From assembly GCA_964016885.1 (NCBI GenBank), contig OZ024743.1, forward strand, positions 205,902,001 through 205,966,000: 64,000 nucleotides of DNA. The letters run 5' to 3'. Positions 27,681 to 39,810 of the stretch are shown one piece after another (the first letter of the stretch is position 1; every line of letters starts with the position of its first letter). The DNA is from Eledone cirrhosa. Lineage: Eukaryota. The notes under the pieces were generated by a model. It was given only the letters and a program-made list of their open reading frames with translations, was not told where the DNA came from and did no database searches. The translations under genes and the position numbers were made by a program.

Positions 27681-29394
27681 AATTATCTACCCCTGATTTT
27701 TTTTTACAAATTATCTCCCCCTGATTTTTTTTACAAATTATCTCCCCCTGATTTTTTTTTACAAATTATCTCCCCCTGATTTTTTTACAAATTATCTACC
27801 CCTGATTTTTTTTACAAATTATCTCCGCCTGATTTTTTAAAATATTATCTTCCCTTGGCTGGCGGGAAATTATCTCCCCTTGGACGGCTGGAAATTATCT
27901 CCCTTTGGAAGGATGGAAATTATCTCCCCTTGGACGGCTGGAAATTATCTCCCCTTGCACTGCTGGAAATTATCTCCCCTTGGACGGCTGGAAATTATCT
28001 GCCCTTGATTTTGTTTTTACAAATTATCTTCCCCTGATTTTTTTTACAAATTATCTCCACCTGATTTTTTAAAAAAGTATCTCCCCTTGGACGGCTGGAA
28101 ATTATCTCCCCTTGGCTGGAAATTATCTCCCCTTGGACGGCTAGAAATTATCTCTCTTTGGACGGCTGGAAATTATCTCCCCTTGATTTTTTTTACAAAT
28201 TATCTCCCCCTGATTTTTTTTTACAAATTATCTCCCCCTGATTTTTTTTTACAACTTATCTCCGCCTGATTATTTTTTTAAAATTATCTCCCCTTGGACG
28301 GCTGGAAATTATCTCCCCTTGGACGGCTGGAAATTATCTCCCATTGATTTTTTTTACAAATTATCTCCCCTTGGCTGGCTGGAAATTATCTCCCCCTGAT
28401 ATTTTTTTACAAATTAGCTCCCCCTGATTTTTTTTTACAAATTATCTCCCCCTGATTTTTTTCACAAATTATCTCCCCCTAATTTTTTTTACAAATGACC
28501 TCCCCTGATTTAAAAAAAAAAATTATCTCCCCTTGGACGGCTGGAAATTATCTCCCCTTGGACGGCTAGAAATTATCTCCCCTTGGACGGCTAGAAATTA
28601 CCTCTTCTTGGACGGCTGAAAATTATCTCCCCTTGAACGGCTGGAAATTATCTCCCCTTGGACGGCTGGAAATTATCTCTCCTTGGACGGCTGAAAATTA
28701 TCTCCCCTTGGACGGCTGGAAATTATCTCCCCTTGATTTTTTTACAAATTATCTCCCCCTGATTTTTTTTTACAAATTATCTCCGCCTGATTTTTTTTAA
28801 AATTATCTCCCCTTGGACGGCTGGAAATTATCTCCCCTTGATTTTTTTTTCCAAATTATCTCCCCCTGATTTTTTTTTACAAATTATCTACCCCTGATTT
28901 TTTTTTACAAATTATCTACCCCTGATTTTTTTTACAAATTATCTCCCCATGATTTTTTTTTTACAAATTATCTCCCCCCGATTTTTTTACAAATTATCTC
29001 TGATTTTTTAAAGTATTATCTTCCCTTGGCTGGCGGGAAATTATCTCCCCTTGGACGGCTGGAAATTATCTCCCCTTGGAAGGATGGAAATTATCTCCCC
29101 TTGGACGGCTGGAAATTATCTCCCCTTGGCTTGAAATTATCTCCCCTTGGCTGGCTGGAAATTATCTCCCCCTGATATTTTTTTACAAATTAGCTCCCCC
29201 TGATTTTTTTTTACAAATTATCTCCCCCTGATTTTTTTCACAAATTATCTCCCCCTGATTTTTTTTACAAATTATCTCCTCTGATTTAAAAAAATAAAAT
29301 TATCTCCCCTTGGACGGCTGGAAATTATCTCCCCTTGGACGGCTGGAAATTATCGCCCCCTGATTTGTTTTAACAAATTATCTCCACCTGATTT

Positions 29395-32300
29395 TTTTAC
29401 AAATCATCTCCGCCTGATTTTTAAAAAAAATTATCTCCCTTGGTTTGCTGGAAATTATCTCCCCTTGGACGGCTATAAATTATCTCTCCTTCGACGGCTG
29501 GAAATTATCTCCACTTGATTTTTTTACAAATTATCTCCCCGTGATTTTTTTTTACCAATCTACCCCTGATTTAAAAAAAAAATGATCTCCCCTTCGCTGG
29601 CTGGAAATTATCTCCCCTTGGACGGCTGGAAATTATCTCCCCTTGATTTTTTTTACAAATTATCTCCCCCTGATTTTTTTTTACAAATTATCTCCCCCCG
29701 ATTTTTTTTTTACAAATTATCTCCGCCTGATTTTTTTAAAATTATCTCTCCTTGGCTGGATGGAAATCATCTCCCCCTGATTTTTTTTACAAATTATCTC
29801 CCCTTGCACGGCTGGAAATTATCTCCCCTTGGACGGCTGGAAATTATCTCCCGTTGGCTGCAAATTATCTCCCCTTGGACGGCTAGAAATTACCTCTCTT
29901 TGGACGGCTGGAAATTATCTCCCCTTGGACGGCTGGAAATTATCTCCCCTAGGACGGCTAGAAATTACCTCTCCTTGGACGGCTGAAAATTATCTCCCCT
30001 TGGACGGCTGGAAATTATCTCCCATTGATTTTTTTACAAATTATCTCCCTCTGATTTTTTTTTACAAATTATCTCCCCCTGATTTTTTTTTACAAATTAT
30101 CTCCCCCTGATTTTTTTTTACAAATTATCTCCCCCTGATTTTTTTACAAATTATCTCCCCTTGGCTGGCTGGCAATTATCTCCCCTTGGAGGCTGGAATT
30201 TATCTCCCCTTGGACGGCTGGAAATTATCTCCCCTTGGACGGCTAGAAATTACCTCTCCTTGTACGGCTGGAAATTATCTCCCCTTGAACGGCTGGAAAT
30301 TATCTCCCCTTGGACGGCTGGAAATTATCTCCCCTTGGACGGCTGGAAATTACCTCTCCTTGGACGGCTGGAAATTATCTCCCCTTGGACGGCTGGAAAT
30401 TATCTCCCCTTGGACGGCTGGAAATTATTTCCCCTTGATTTTTTTTACAAATTATCTCCCCCTGATTTTTTTTACAAATCTCCCCCTAATTTAAAAAAAA
30501 ATTATCTCACCTTCGCTGGCTGGAAATTATCTCCCTTTGGACGGCTTGAAATTATAGCTGCTTGTAGGGCTCTCCCCATGGACGGCTGGAAATTACCTCT
30601 CCTTGGACGGCTGAAAATTATCTCCCCTTGGACGGCTGGAAATTATCTCCCCCTGATTTTTTTTTACAAATTATCTCCGCCTGATTTTTTTTTTAAAATT
30701 ATCTCCCCTTGGCTGGATGGAAATTTTCTCCCCTTGGACGGCTGGAAATTATCTCCCCTTTATGTTTTCTACAAATTATCTACCCCTGATTTTTTTTTTA
30801 CAAATTATCTCTCCCTGATTTTTTTTACAAATATCTCCCCTTGGCTGGCTGGAAATTATCTCCCCTTGGCTGGCTGGAAATTATCTCCCCTTGGACGGCT
30901 GGAAATTATCTCCCCTTGGACGCCTAGAAATCACCTCTACTTGGACAGCTGTAAATTATCTCCCCTTGGACGGCTGGAAATTATCTCGCCTTGGACGGCT
31001 GGAAATTATCTCCCCTTGATTTTGTATACAAATTATCTCCCCCTGATTTTTTTTTACAAATTATCTGCCCCTGATTATTTTTTTACAAATTAGCTCCGCC
31101 TGATTTTTTTTTTAAATTATCTCCCCTTGGACGACTGGAAATTATCTCCCCTTGGACGGCTGGAAATTATCTCCCCTTGAACGGCTAGAAATTACCTCTC
31201 CTTGGACGGCTGGAAATTATCTCCCCTTGATTTTTTTTTCCAAATTATCTCCCCCTGATTTTTTTTTTACAAATTATCTACCCCTGATTTTTTTTTACAA
31301 ATTATCTCCCCCTGATTTTTTTTACAAATTATCTCCCCCTGATTTTTTTTTACAAATTATCTCCCCCCGATTTTTTTACAAATTATCTCCCCCTGATTTT
31401 TTTTACAAATTATCTCCGCCTGATTTTTTTTAATATTATCTTCCCTTGGCTGGCGGGAAATTATCTCCCCTTGGACGGCTGGAAATTATCTCCCCTTGGA
31501 AGGATGGAAATTATCTCCCCTTGGACGGCTGGAAATTATCTCCCCTTGCACTGCTGGAAATTATCTCCCCTTGGACGGCTGGAAATTATCTGCCCTTGAT
31601 TTTGTATTTACAAATTATCTTCCCCTGATTTTTTTACAAATTATCTCCACCTGATTTTTTAAAAAATTATCTCCCCTTGGACGGCTGGAAATTATCTCCC
31701 CTTGGCTGGAAATTATCTCCCCTTGGACGGCTAGAAATTATCTCCCCTTGGACGGCTAGAAATTACCTCTTCTTGGACGGCTGAAAATTATCTCCCCTTG
31801 AACGGCTGGAAATTATCTCCCCTTGGACGGCTGGAAATTATCTCCCCTTGGACGGCTGGAAATTATCTCCCCTTGGACGGCTAGAAATTACCTCTCCTTG
31901 GACGGCTGGAAATTATCTCCCCTTGGACGGCTGGAAATTATCTCCCCTTGGACGGCTGGAAATTATTTCCCCTTGATTTTTTTTACAAATTATCTCCCCC
32001 TGATTTTTTTTACAAATCTCCCCCTAATTTAAAAAAAAATTATGTCCCCTTCGCTGGCTGGAAATTATCTCTCTTTGGACGGCTTGAAATTATAGCTGCT
32101 TGTAGGGCTGGAAATTATCTCCCCTTGGACGGCTGGAAATTATCTCCCCTTGATTTTTTTACTAATTATCTCCACCTGATTTTTTTTTACAAATTATCTC
32201 CGCCTGATTTTTTTAAAAAAATTATCTCCCCTTGGCTGGATGGAAATTTTCTCCCCTTGGACGGCTGGAAATTATCTCCCCTTTATGTTTTCTACAAATT

Positions 32301-32570
32301 ATCTACACCTGATTTTTTTTTTACAAATTATCTCTCCCTGATTTTTTTTACAAATATCTCCCCTTGGCTGGCTGAAAATTATCTCCCCTTGGCTGGCTGG
32401 AAATTATCTCCCCTTGGACGGCTGGAAATTATCTCCCCTTGGACGCCTAGAAATTACCTCTACTTGGACAGCTGTAAATTATCTCCCCTTGGACGGCTGG
32501 AAATTATCTCGCCTTGGACGGCTGGAAATTATCTCCCCTTGATTTTGTGTACAAATTATCTCCCCCTGAT
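29395..32570 (+). repeat. Block P copy 1 (~3.17 kb); other copies at ~43856-47030 and ~48578-51752
   Basis: Starts caaatcatctccgcc...ttggtttgctgg. Carries the markers gtagggctctccccatgg, aaatcacctctac, ggacgactgg and tctacacctg. Offsets are 14,461 and 4,722. Confidence 0.88.
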
Positions 32571-34165
32571 TTTTTTTACAAATTATCTGCCCCTGATTAT
32601 TTTTTTTACAAATTAGCTCCGCCTGATTTTTTTTAAAAATTATCTCCCCTTGGACGGCTGGAAATTATCTCCCGTTGGACGGCTGGAAATTATCTCCCCT
32701 TGGACGGCTGGAAATTATCTCCCCTTGATTTTTTTACAAATTATCTCCCCCTGATTTTTTTTTTACAAATTATCTCCGCCTGATTTTTTTTTAAAATTAT
32801 CTCCCCTTGGACGGCTGGAAATTATCTCCCCTTGATTTTTTTTTCCAAATTATCTCCCCCTGATTTTTTTTTACAAATTATCTACCCCTGATTTTTTTTT
32901 ACAAATTATCTACCCCTGATTTTTTTTTACAAATTATCTCCCCCTGATTTTTTTTTTACAAATTATCTCCCCCCGATTTTTTTACAAATTATCTCCCCCT
33001 GATTTTTTTTACAAATTATCTCCGCCTGATTTTTTAAAGTATTATCTTCCCTTGGCTGGCGGGAAATTATCTCCCCTTGGACGGCTGGAAATTATCTCCC
33101 CTTGGAAGGATGGAAATTATCTCCCCTTGGACGGCTGGAAATTATCTCCCCTTGCACTGCTGGAAATTATCTCCCCTTGGCTGGCTGGAAATTATCTCCC
33201 CCTGATATTTTTTTACAAATTATCTCCCCCTGATTTTTTTTTACAAATTATCTCCCCCTGATTTTTTTTTACAAATTATCTCCCCCTGATTTTTTTTTAC
33301 AAATTATCTCCTGATTTTTTTTACAAATTATCTCCCCTTGGCTGGCTGGAAATTATCTCCCCTAGGAGGCTGGAAATTATCTCCCCTTGGACGGCTAGAA
33401 ATTACCTCTCCTTGGACGGCTGGAAATTATCTGCCCTTGGACGGCTGGAAATTATCTCTCCTTGGACGGCTGGAAATTATCTGCCCTTGGACGGCTGGAA
33501 ATTATCTCCCCTTGGACGGCTGGAAATTATTTCCCCTTGATTTTTTTACAAATTATCTCACCCTGATTTTTTTTTACAAATCTCCCCCTAATTTTAAAAA
33601 AAATTATCTCCCCTTCGCTGGCTGGAAATTATCTTCCTTTGGACGGTTGGAAATTATAGCCGCTTGTAGGGCTGGAAATTATCTCCCCTTGGACGGCTGG
33701 GAATTATCTCCCCTTGATTTTTTTACTAATTATCTCACCCTGATTTTTTTTTACAAATTATCTCCGCCTCATTTTTTAAAAAAAATTATCTCCCCCTGGC
33801 TGGATGGAAATTATCTCCCCTTGGACGGCTGGAAATTATCTCCCATTGATTTCTTCTACAAATTATCTACCCCTGATTTTTTTTTTACAAATTATCTCTC
33901 CCTGATTTTTTTTTACAAATATCTCCCCTTGGCTGGCTGGAAATTATCTCCCGTTGGCTGGCTGGAAATTATCTCCCCTTGGACGGCTGGAAATTATCTC
34001 CCATTGATTTTTTTTACAAATTATCTCCCCTTGGCTGGCTGGAAATTATCTCCCCTTGGCTGGCTGGAAATTATCTCCCCCTGAAATTTTTTTACAAATT
34101 AGCTCCCCCTGATTTTTTTTTACAAATTATCTCCCCCTGATTTTTTTTTTTACAAATTATCTCCG
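32571..34165 (+). repeat. Block S copy 1 (~1.55-1.6 kb); seven copies starting at about 32570, 36640, 38240, 42310, 47030, 51752 and 55822
   Basis: Carries the markers ttttaaagtattatcttccc, cccctaggaggctgg, ccccctggctggatgg and ccctgaaattttttt. Identical 69-aa and near-identical 248-aa pseudo-ORFs recur in each copy. Confidence 0.88.
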
Positions 34166-36640
34166 CCTGATTTTTTTACAAATTATCTCCCCTTGGCTGG
34201 CTGGAAATTATCTCCCCTTGGAGGCTGGAATTTATCTCCCCTTGGACGGCTGGAAATTATCTCCCCTTGGACGGCTAGAAATTACCTCTCCTTGGACGGC
34301 TGGAAATTATCTCCCCTTGAACGGCTGGAAATTATCTCCCCTTGGACGGCTGGAAATTATCTCCCCTTGGACGGCTGGAAATTATCTCCCCTTGGACGGC
34401 TGGAAATTATCTCCCCTTGGACGGCTGGAAATTATTTCCCCTTGATTTTTTTTACAAATTATCTCCCCCTGATTTTTTTTACAAATATCCCCCTAATTTA
34501 AAAAAAAATTATCTCCCCTTCGCTGGCTGGAAATTATCTCCCTTTGGACGGCTGGAAATTATAGCTGCTTGTAGGGCTGGAAATTATCTCCCCTTGGACG
34601 GCTGGAAATTATCTCCCCTTCATTTTTTTACTAATTATCTCCCCCTGATTTTTTTTTACAAATTATCTCCGCCTGATTTTTTTAAAAAAATTATCTCCCC
34701 TTGGCTGGATGGAAATTTTCTCCCCTTGGACGGCTGGAAATTATCTCCCCTTTATGTCTTCTACAAATTATCTACCCCTGATTTTTTTTTTACAAATTAT
34801 CTCTCCCTGATTTTTTTTACAAATATCTCCCCTTGGCTGGCTGGAAATTATCTCCCCTTGGACGGCTGGAAATTATCTCCCCTTGGACGCCTAGAAATTA
34901 CCTCTCCTTGGACAGCTGTAAATTAACTCCCCTTGGACGGCTGGAAATTATCTCGCCTTGGACGGCTGGAAATTATCTCCCCTTGATTTTGTATACAAAT
35001 TATCTCCCCCTGATTTTTTTTTACAAATTATCTGCGCCTGATTATTTATTTTACAAATTAGCTCCGCCTGATTTTTTTTTTAAATTATCTCCCCTTGGAC
35101 GGCTGGAAATTATCTCCCGTTGGACGGCTGGAAATTATCTCCCCTTGATTTTTTTACAAATTATCTCCCCCTGATTTTTTTTTTACAAATTATCTCCCCC
35201 TGATTTTTTTTACAAATTATCTCCCCCTGTTTTTTTTTACAAATTATTTCACCCTGATTTTTTTACAAATTATCTCCCCCTGATTTTTTTTACAAATTAT
35301 CTCCGCCTGATTTTTTTAAATATGATCTTCCCTTGGCTGGCGGAAAATCATCTCCCCTTGGACGCCTGGAAATTATCTCCCCTTGGAAGGATGGAAATTA
35401 TCTCCCCTTGGACGGCTGGAAATTATCTCCCCTTGCACTGCTGGAAATTATCTCCCCTTGGACGGCTGGAAATTATCTGCCCTTGATTTTGATTTTACAA
35501 ATTATCTTCCCCTGATTTTTTTTACAAATTATTTCCACCTGATTTTTTAAAAAATTATCTCCCCTTGGACGGCTGGAAATTATCTCCCCTTGGCTGGAAA
35601 TTATCTCCCCTTGGACGATTAGAAATTATCTCTCTTTGGACGGCTGGAAATTATCTCCCCTTGATTTTTTTTACAAATTATCTCCCCCTGATTTTTTTTA
35701 CAAATCTCCCAGTGATTTTTTAAAAAAAATTATCTCCCCTTCGCTGGCTGGAAATTATCTCCCCTTGGACGCTGGAAATTATAGCCCCTTGGAGGGCTGG
35801 AAGTTATCTTCCCTTGGAGGGCTGGAAATTATCTTCCCTTGGACGGCTGGAAATTATCTCCCCTTGATTTTTTTTACAAATTATCTCCCCCTGATTTTTT
35901 TTTACAAATTATCTCCCCCTGATTTTTTTTTTACCAATTATCTCCACCTGATTTTTTTAAAAATTATTTCCCCTTGGACGGCTGGAAATTATCTCCCCTT
36001 GGACGGCTGGAAATTATCTCCCCTTGGACGGCTAGAAATTACCTCTCCTTGGACGGCTGAAAATTATCTCCCCTTGGACGGCTGGAAATTATCTCCCCTT
36101 GATTTTTTTTACAAATTATCTCCCCCTGATTTTTTTTTACAAATTATCTCCCCCTGATTTTTTTTTACAAATTATCTCCTGATTTTTTTTACAAATTATC
36201 TCCGCTTGGCTGGCTGGAAATTATCTCCCCTTGGAGGCTGGAAATTATCTCCCCTTGGACGGCTAGAAATTACCTCTCCTTGGACGGCTGGAAATTATCT
36301 GCCCTTGGACGGCTGGAAATTATCTCTCCTTGGACGGCTGGAAATTATCTGCCCTTGGACGGCTGGAAATTATCTCCCCTTGGACGGCTGGAAATTATTT
36401 CCCCTTGATTTTTTTACAAATTATCTCCCCCTGATTTTTTTTTACAAATCTCCCCCTAATTTTAAAAAAAATTATCTCCCCTTCGCTGGCTGGAAATTAT
36501 CTTCCTTTGGACGGTTGGAAATTATAGCCGCTTGTAGGGCTGGAAATTATCTCCCCTTGGACGGCTGGGAATTATCTCCCCTTGATTTTTTTACTAATTA
36601 TCTCACCCTGATTTTTTTTTTCAAATTATCTCCGCCTCAT
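34166..36640 (+). repeat. Block Q copy 1 (~2.47 kb); other copies at ~39835-42310, ~53348-55822 and ~57417-59915
   Basis: Carries the markers ccccttcattttttt, gtaaattaactcccc, tatgatcttcccttggctggcggaaaatcatc and tctccgcttgg. The S+Q period is 4,069. The last copy has one extra 25-bp monomer near 58370 (offset becomes 4,094). Confidence 0.88.
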
Positions 36641-39600
36641 TTTTTTTACAAATTATCTGCCCCTGATTATTTTTTTTACAAATTAGCTCCGCCTGATTTT
36701 TTTTAAAAATTATCTCCCCTTGGACGGCTGGAAATTATCTCCCGTTGGACGGCTGGAAATTATCTCCCCTTGGACGGCTGGAAATTATCTCCCCTTGATT
36801 TTTTTACAAATTATCTCCCCCTGATTTTTTTTTTACAAATTATCTCCGCCTGATTTTTTTTTTAAATTATCTCCCCTTGGACGGCTGGAAATTATCTCCC
36901 CTTGATTTTTTTTTCCAAATTATCTCCCCCTGATTTTTTTTTACAAATTATCTACCCCTGATTTTTTTTTACAAATTATCTACCCCTGATTTTTTTTACA
37001 AATTATCTCCCCCTGATTTTTTTTTTACAAATTATCTCCCCCCGATTTTTTTACAAATTATCTCCCCCTGATTTTTTTTACAAATTATCTCCGCCTGATT
37101 TTTTAAAGTATTATCTTCCCTTGGCTGGCGGGAAATTATCTCCCCTTGGACGGCTGGAAATTATCTCCCCTTGGAAGGATGGAAATTATCTCCCCTTGGA
37201 CGGCTGGAAATTATCTCCCCTTGCACTGCTGGAAATTATCTCCCCTTGGCTGGCTGGAAATTATCTCCCCCTGATATTTTTTTACAAATTATCTCCCCCT
37301 GATTTTTTTTTACAAATTATCTCCCCCTGATTTTTTTTTACAAATTATCTCCCCCTGATTTTTTTTTACAAATTATCTCCTGATTTTTTTTACAAATTAT
37401 CTCCCCTTGGCTGGCTGGAAATTATCTCCCCTAGGAGGCTGGAAATTATCTCCCCTTGGACGGCTAGAAATTACCTCTCCTTGGACGGTTGGAAATTATC
37501 TGCCCTTGGACGGCTGGAAATTATCTCTCCTTGGACGGCTGGAAATTATCTGCCCTTGGACGGCTGGAAATTATCTCCCCTTGGACGGCTGGAAATTATT
37601 TCCCCTTGATTTTTTTACAAATTATCTCACCCTGATTTTTTTTTACAAATCTCCCCCTAATTTTAAAAAAAATTATCTCCCCTTCGCTGGCTGGAAATTA
37701 TCTTCCTTTGGACGGTTGGAAATTATAGCCGCTTGTAGGGCTGGAAATTATCTCCCCTTGGACGGCTGGGAATTATCTCCCCTTGATTTTTTTACTAATT
37801 ATCTCACCCTGATTTTTTTTTACAAATTATCTCCGCCTCATTTTTTAAAAAAAATTATCTCCCCCTGGCTGGATGGAAATTATCTCCCCTTGGACGGCTG
37901 GAAATTATCTCCCATTGATTTCTTCTACAAATTATCTACCCCTGATTTTTTTTTTACAAATTATCTCTCCCTGATTTTTTTTTACAAATATCTCCCCTTG
38001 GCTGGCTGGAAATTATCTCCCGTTGGCTGGCTGGAAATTATCTCCCCTTGGACGGCTGGAAATTATCTCCCATTGATTTTTTTTACAAATTATCTCCCCT
38101 TGGCTGGCTGGAAATTATCTCCCCTTGGCTGGCTGGAAATTATCTCCCCCTGAAATTTTTTTACAAATTAGCTCCCCCTGATTTTTTTTTACAAATTATC
38201 TCCCCCTGATTTTTTTTTTTTCAAATTATCTCCGCCTCATTTTTTTTACAAATTATCTGCCCCTGATTATTTTTTTTACAAATTAGCTCCGCCTGATTTT
38301 TTTTAAAAATTATCTCCCCTTGGACGGCTGGAAATTATCTCCCGTTGGACGGCTGGAAATTATCTCCCCTTGGACGGCTGGAAATTATCTCCCCTTGATT
38401 TTTTTACAAATTATCTCCCCCTGATTTTTTTTTTACAAATTATCTCCGCCTGATTTTTTTTTTAAATTATCTCCCCTTGGACGGCTGGAAATTATCTCCC
38501 CTTGATTTTTTTTTCCAAATTATCTCCCCCTGATTTTTTTTTACAAATTATCTACCCCTGATTTTTTTTTACAAATTATCTACCCCTGATTTTTTTTACA
38601 AATTATCTCCCCCTGATTTTTTTTTTACAAATTATCTCCCCCCGATTTTTTTACAAATTATCTCCCCCTGATTTTTTTTACAAATTATCTCCGCCTGATT
38701 TTTTAAAGTATTATCTTCCCTTGGCTGGCGGGAAATTATCTCCCCTTGGACGGCTGGAAATTATCTCCCCTTGGAAGGATGGAAATTATCTCCCCTTGGA
38801 CGGCTGGAAATTATCTCCCCTTGCACTGCTGGAAATTATCTCCCCTTGGCTGGCTGGAAATTATCTCCCCCTGATATTTTTTTACAAATTATCTCCCCCT
38901 GATTTTTTTTTACAAATTATCTCCCCCTGATTTTTTTTTACAAATTATCTCCCCCTGATTTTTTTTTACAAATTATCTCCTGATTTTTTTTACAAATTAT
39001 CTCCCCTTGGCTGGCTGGAAATTATCTCCCCTAGGAGGCTGGAAATTATCTCCCCTTGGACGGCTAGAAATTACCTCTCCTTGGACGGTTGGAAATTATC
39101 TGCCCTTGGACGGCTGGAAATTATCTCTCCTTGGACGGCTGGAAATTATCTGCCCTTGGACGGCTGGAAATTATCTCCCCTTGGACGGCTGGAAATTATT
39201 TCCCCTTGATTTTTTTACAAATTATCTCACCCTGATTTTTTTTTACAAATCTCCCCCTAATTTTAAAAAAAATTATCTCCCCTTCGCTGGCTGGAAATTA
39301 TCTTCCTTTGGACGGTTGGAAATTATAGCCGCTTGTAGGGCTGGAAATTATCTCCCCTTGGACGGCTGGGAATTATCTCCCCTTGATTTTTTTACTAATT
39401 ATCTCACCCTGATTTTTTTTTACAAATTATCTCCGCCTCATTTTTTAAAAAAAATTATCTCCCCCTGGCTGGATGGAAATTATCTCCCCTTGGACGGCTG
39501 GAAATTATCTCCCATTGATTTCTTCTACAAATTATCTACCCCTGATTTTTTTTTTACAAATTATCTCTCCCTGATTTTTTTTTACAAATATCTCCCCTTG

Positions 39601-39810
39601 GCTGGCTGGAAATTATCTCCCGTTGGCTGGCTGGAAATTATCTCCCCTTGGACGGCTGGAAATTATCTCCCATTGATTTTTTTTACAAATTATCTCCCCT
39701 TGGCTGGCTGGAAATTATCTCCCCTTGGCTGGCTGGAAATTATCTCCCCCTGAAATTTTTTTACAAATTAGCTCCCCCTGATTTTTTTTTACAAATTATC
39801 TCCCCCTGAT
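36611..39810 (+). repeat. Tandem duplication of 1,600 bp (block S doubled)
   Basis: tcaaattatctccgcctcat occurs at 36621 and 38221. ORFs 37121/38721 and 37407/39007 are identical and offset by exactly 1,600. Confidence 0.93.

Larger units (their letters stand above)
1..29394 (+). repeat. Older mosaic zone of the satellite: shuffled, diverged copies of kb-scale variant modules
   Basis: The same variant strings recur at irregular offsets, e.g. ORF-track pairs 666/5945/15833, 1640/6743/16492, 2200/17052, 2516/17370 and 7807/18417. Copies differ by substitutions and whole-monomer indels. Confidence 0.85.

Noticed and set aside
31670-31975. Long A-runs as antigenic-variation cassettes, iterons or an NF-kB/NFAT enhancer cluster (TGGAAA, GGAAATTACC)
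   Set aside because: No expression locus, rep gene, recombinase or promoter is present in the window. The motif matches are short or imperfect and are expected in any amplified monomer.
1841-39810. Round-number periods (exactly 1,300 and 1,600 bp, multiples of 25) suggesting synthetic or designed sequence
   Set aside because: Other periods (311, 4,069, 4,318, 4,722) are not round, the 1,300-bp copies carry SNPs and an indel, and the units mix 21-30 bp monomers. Coincidence is sufficient.
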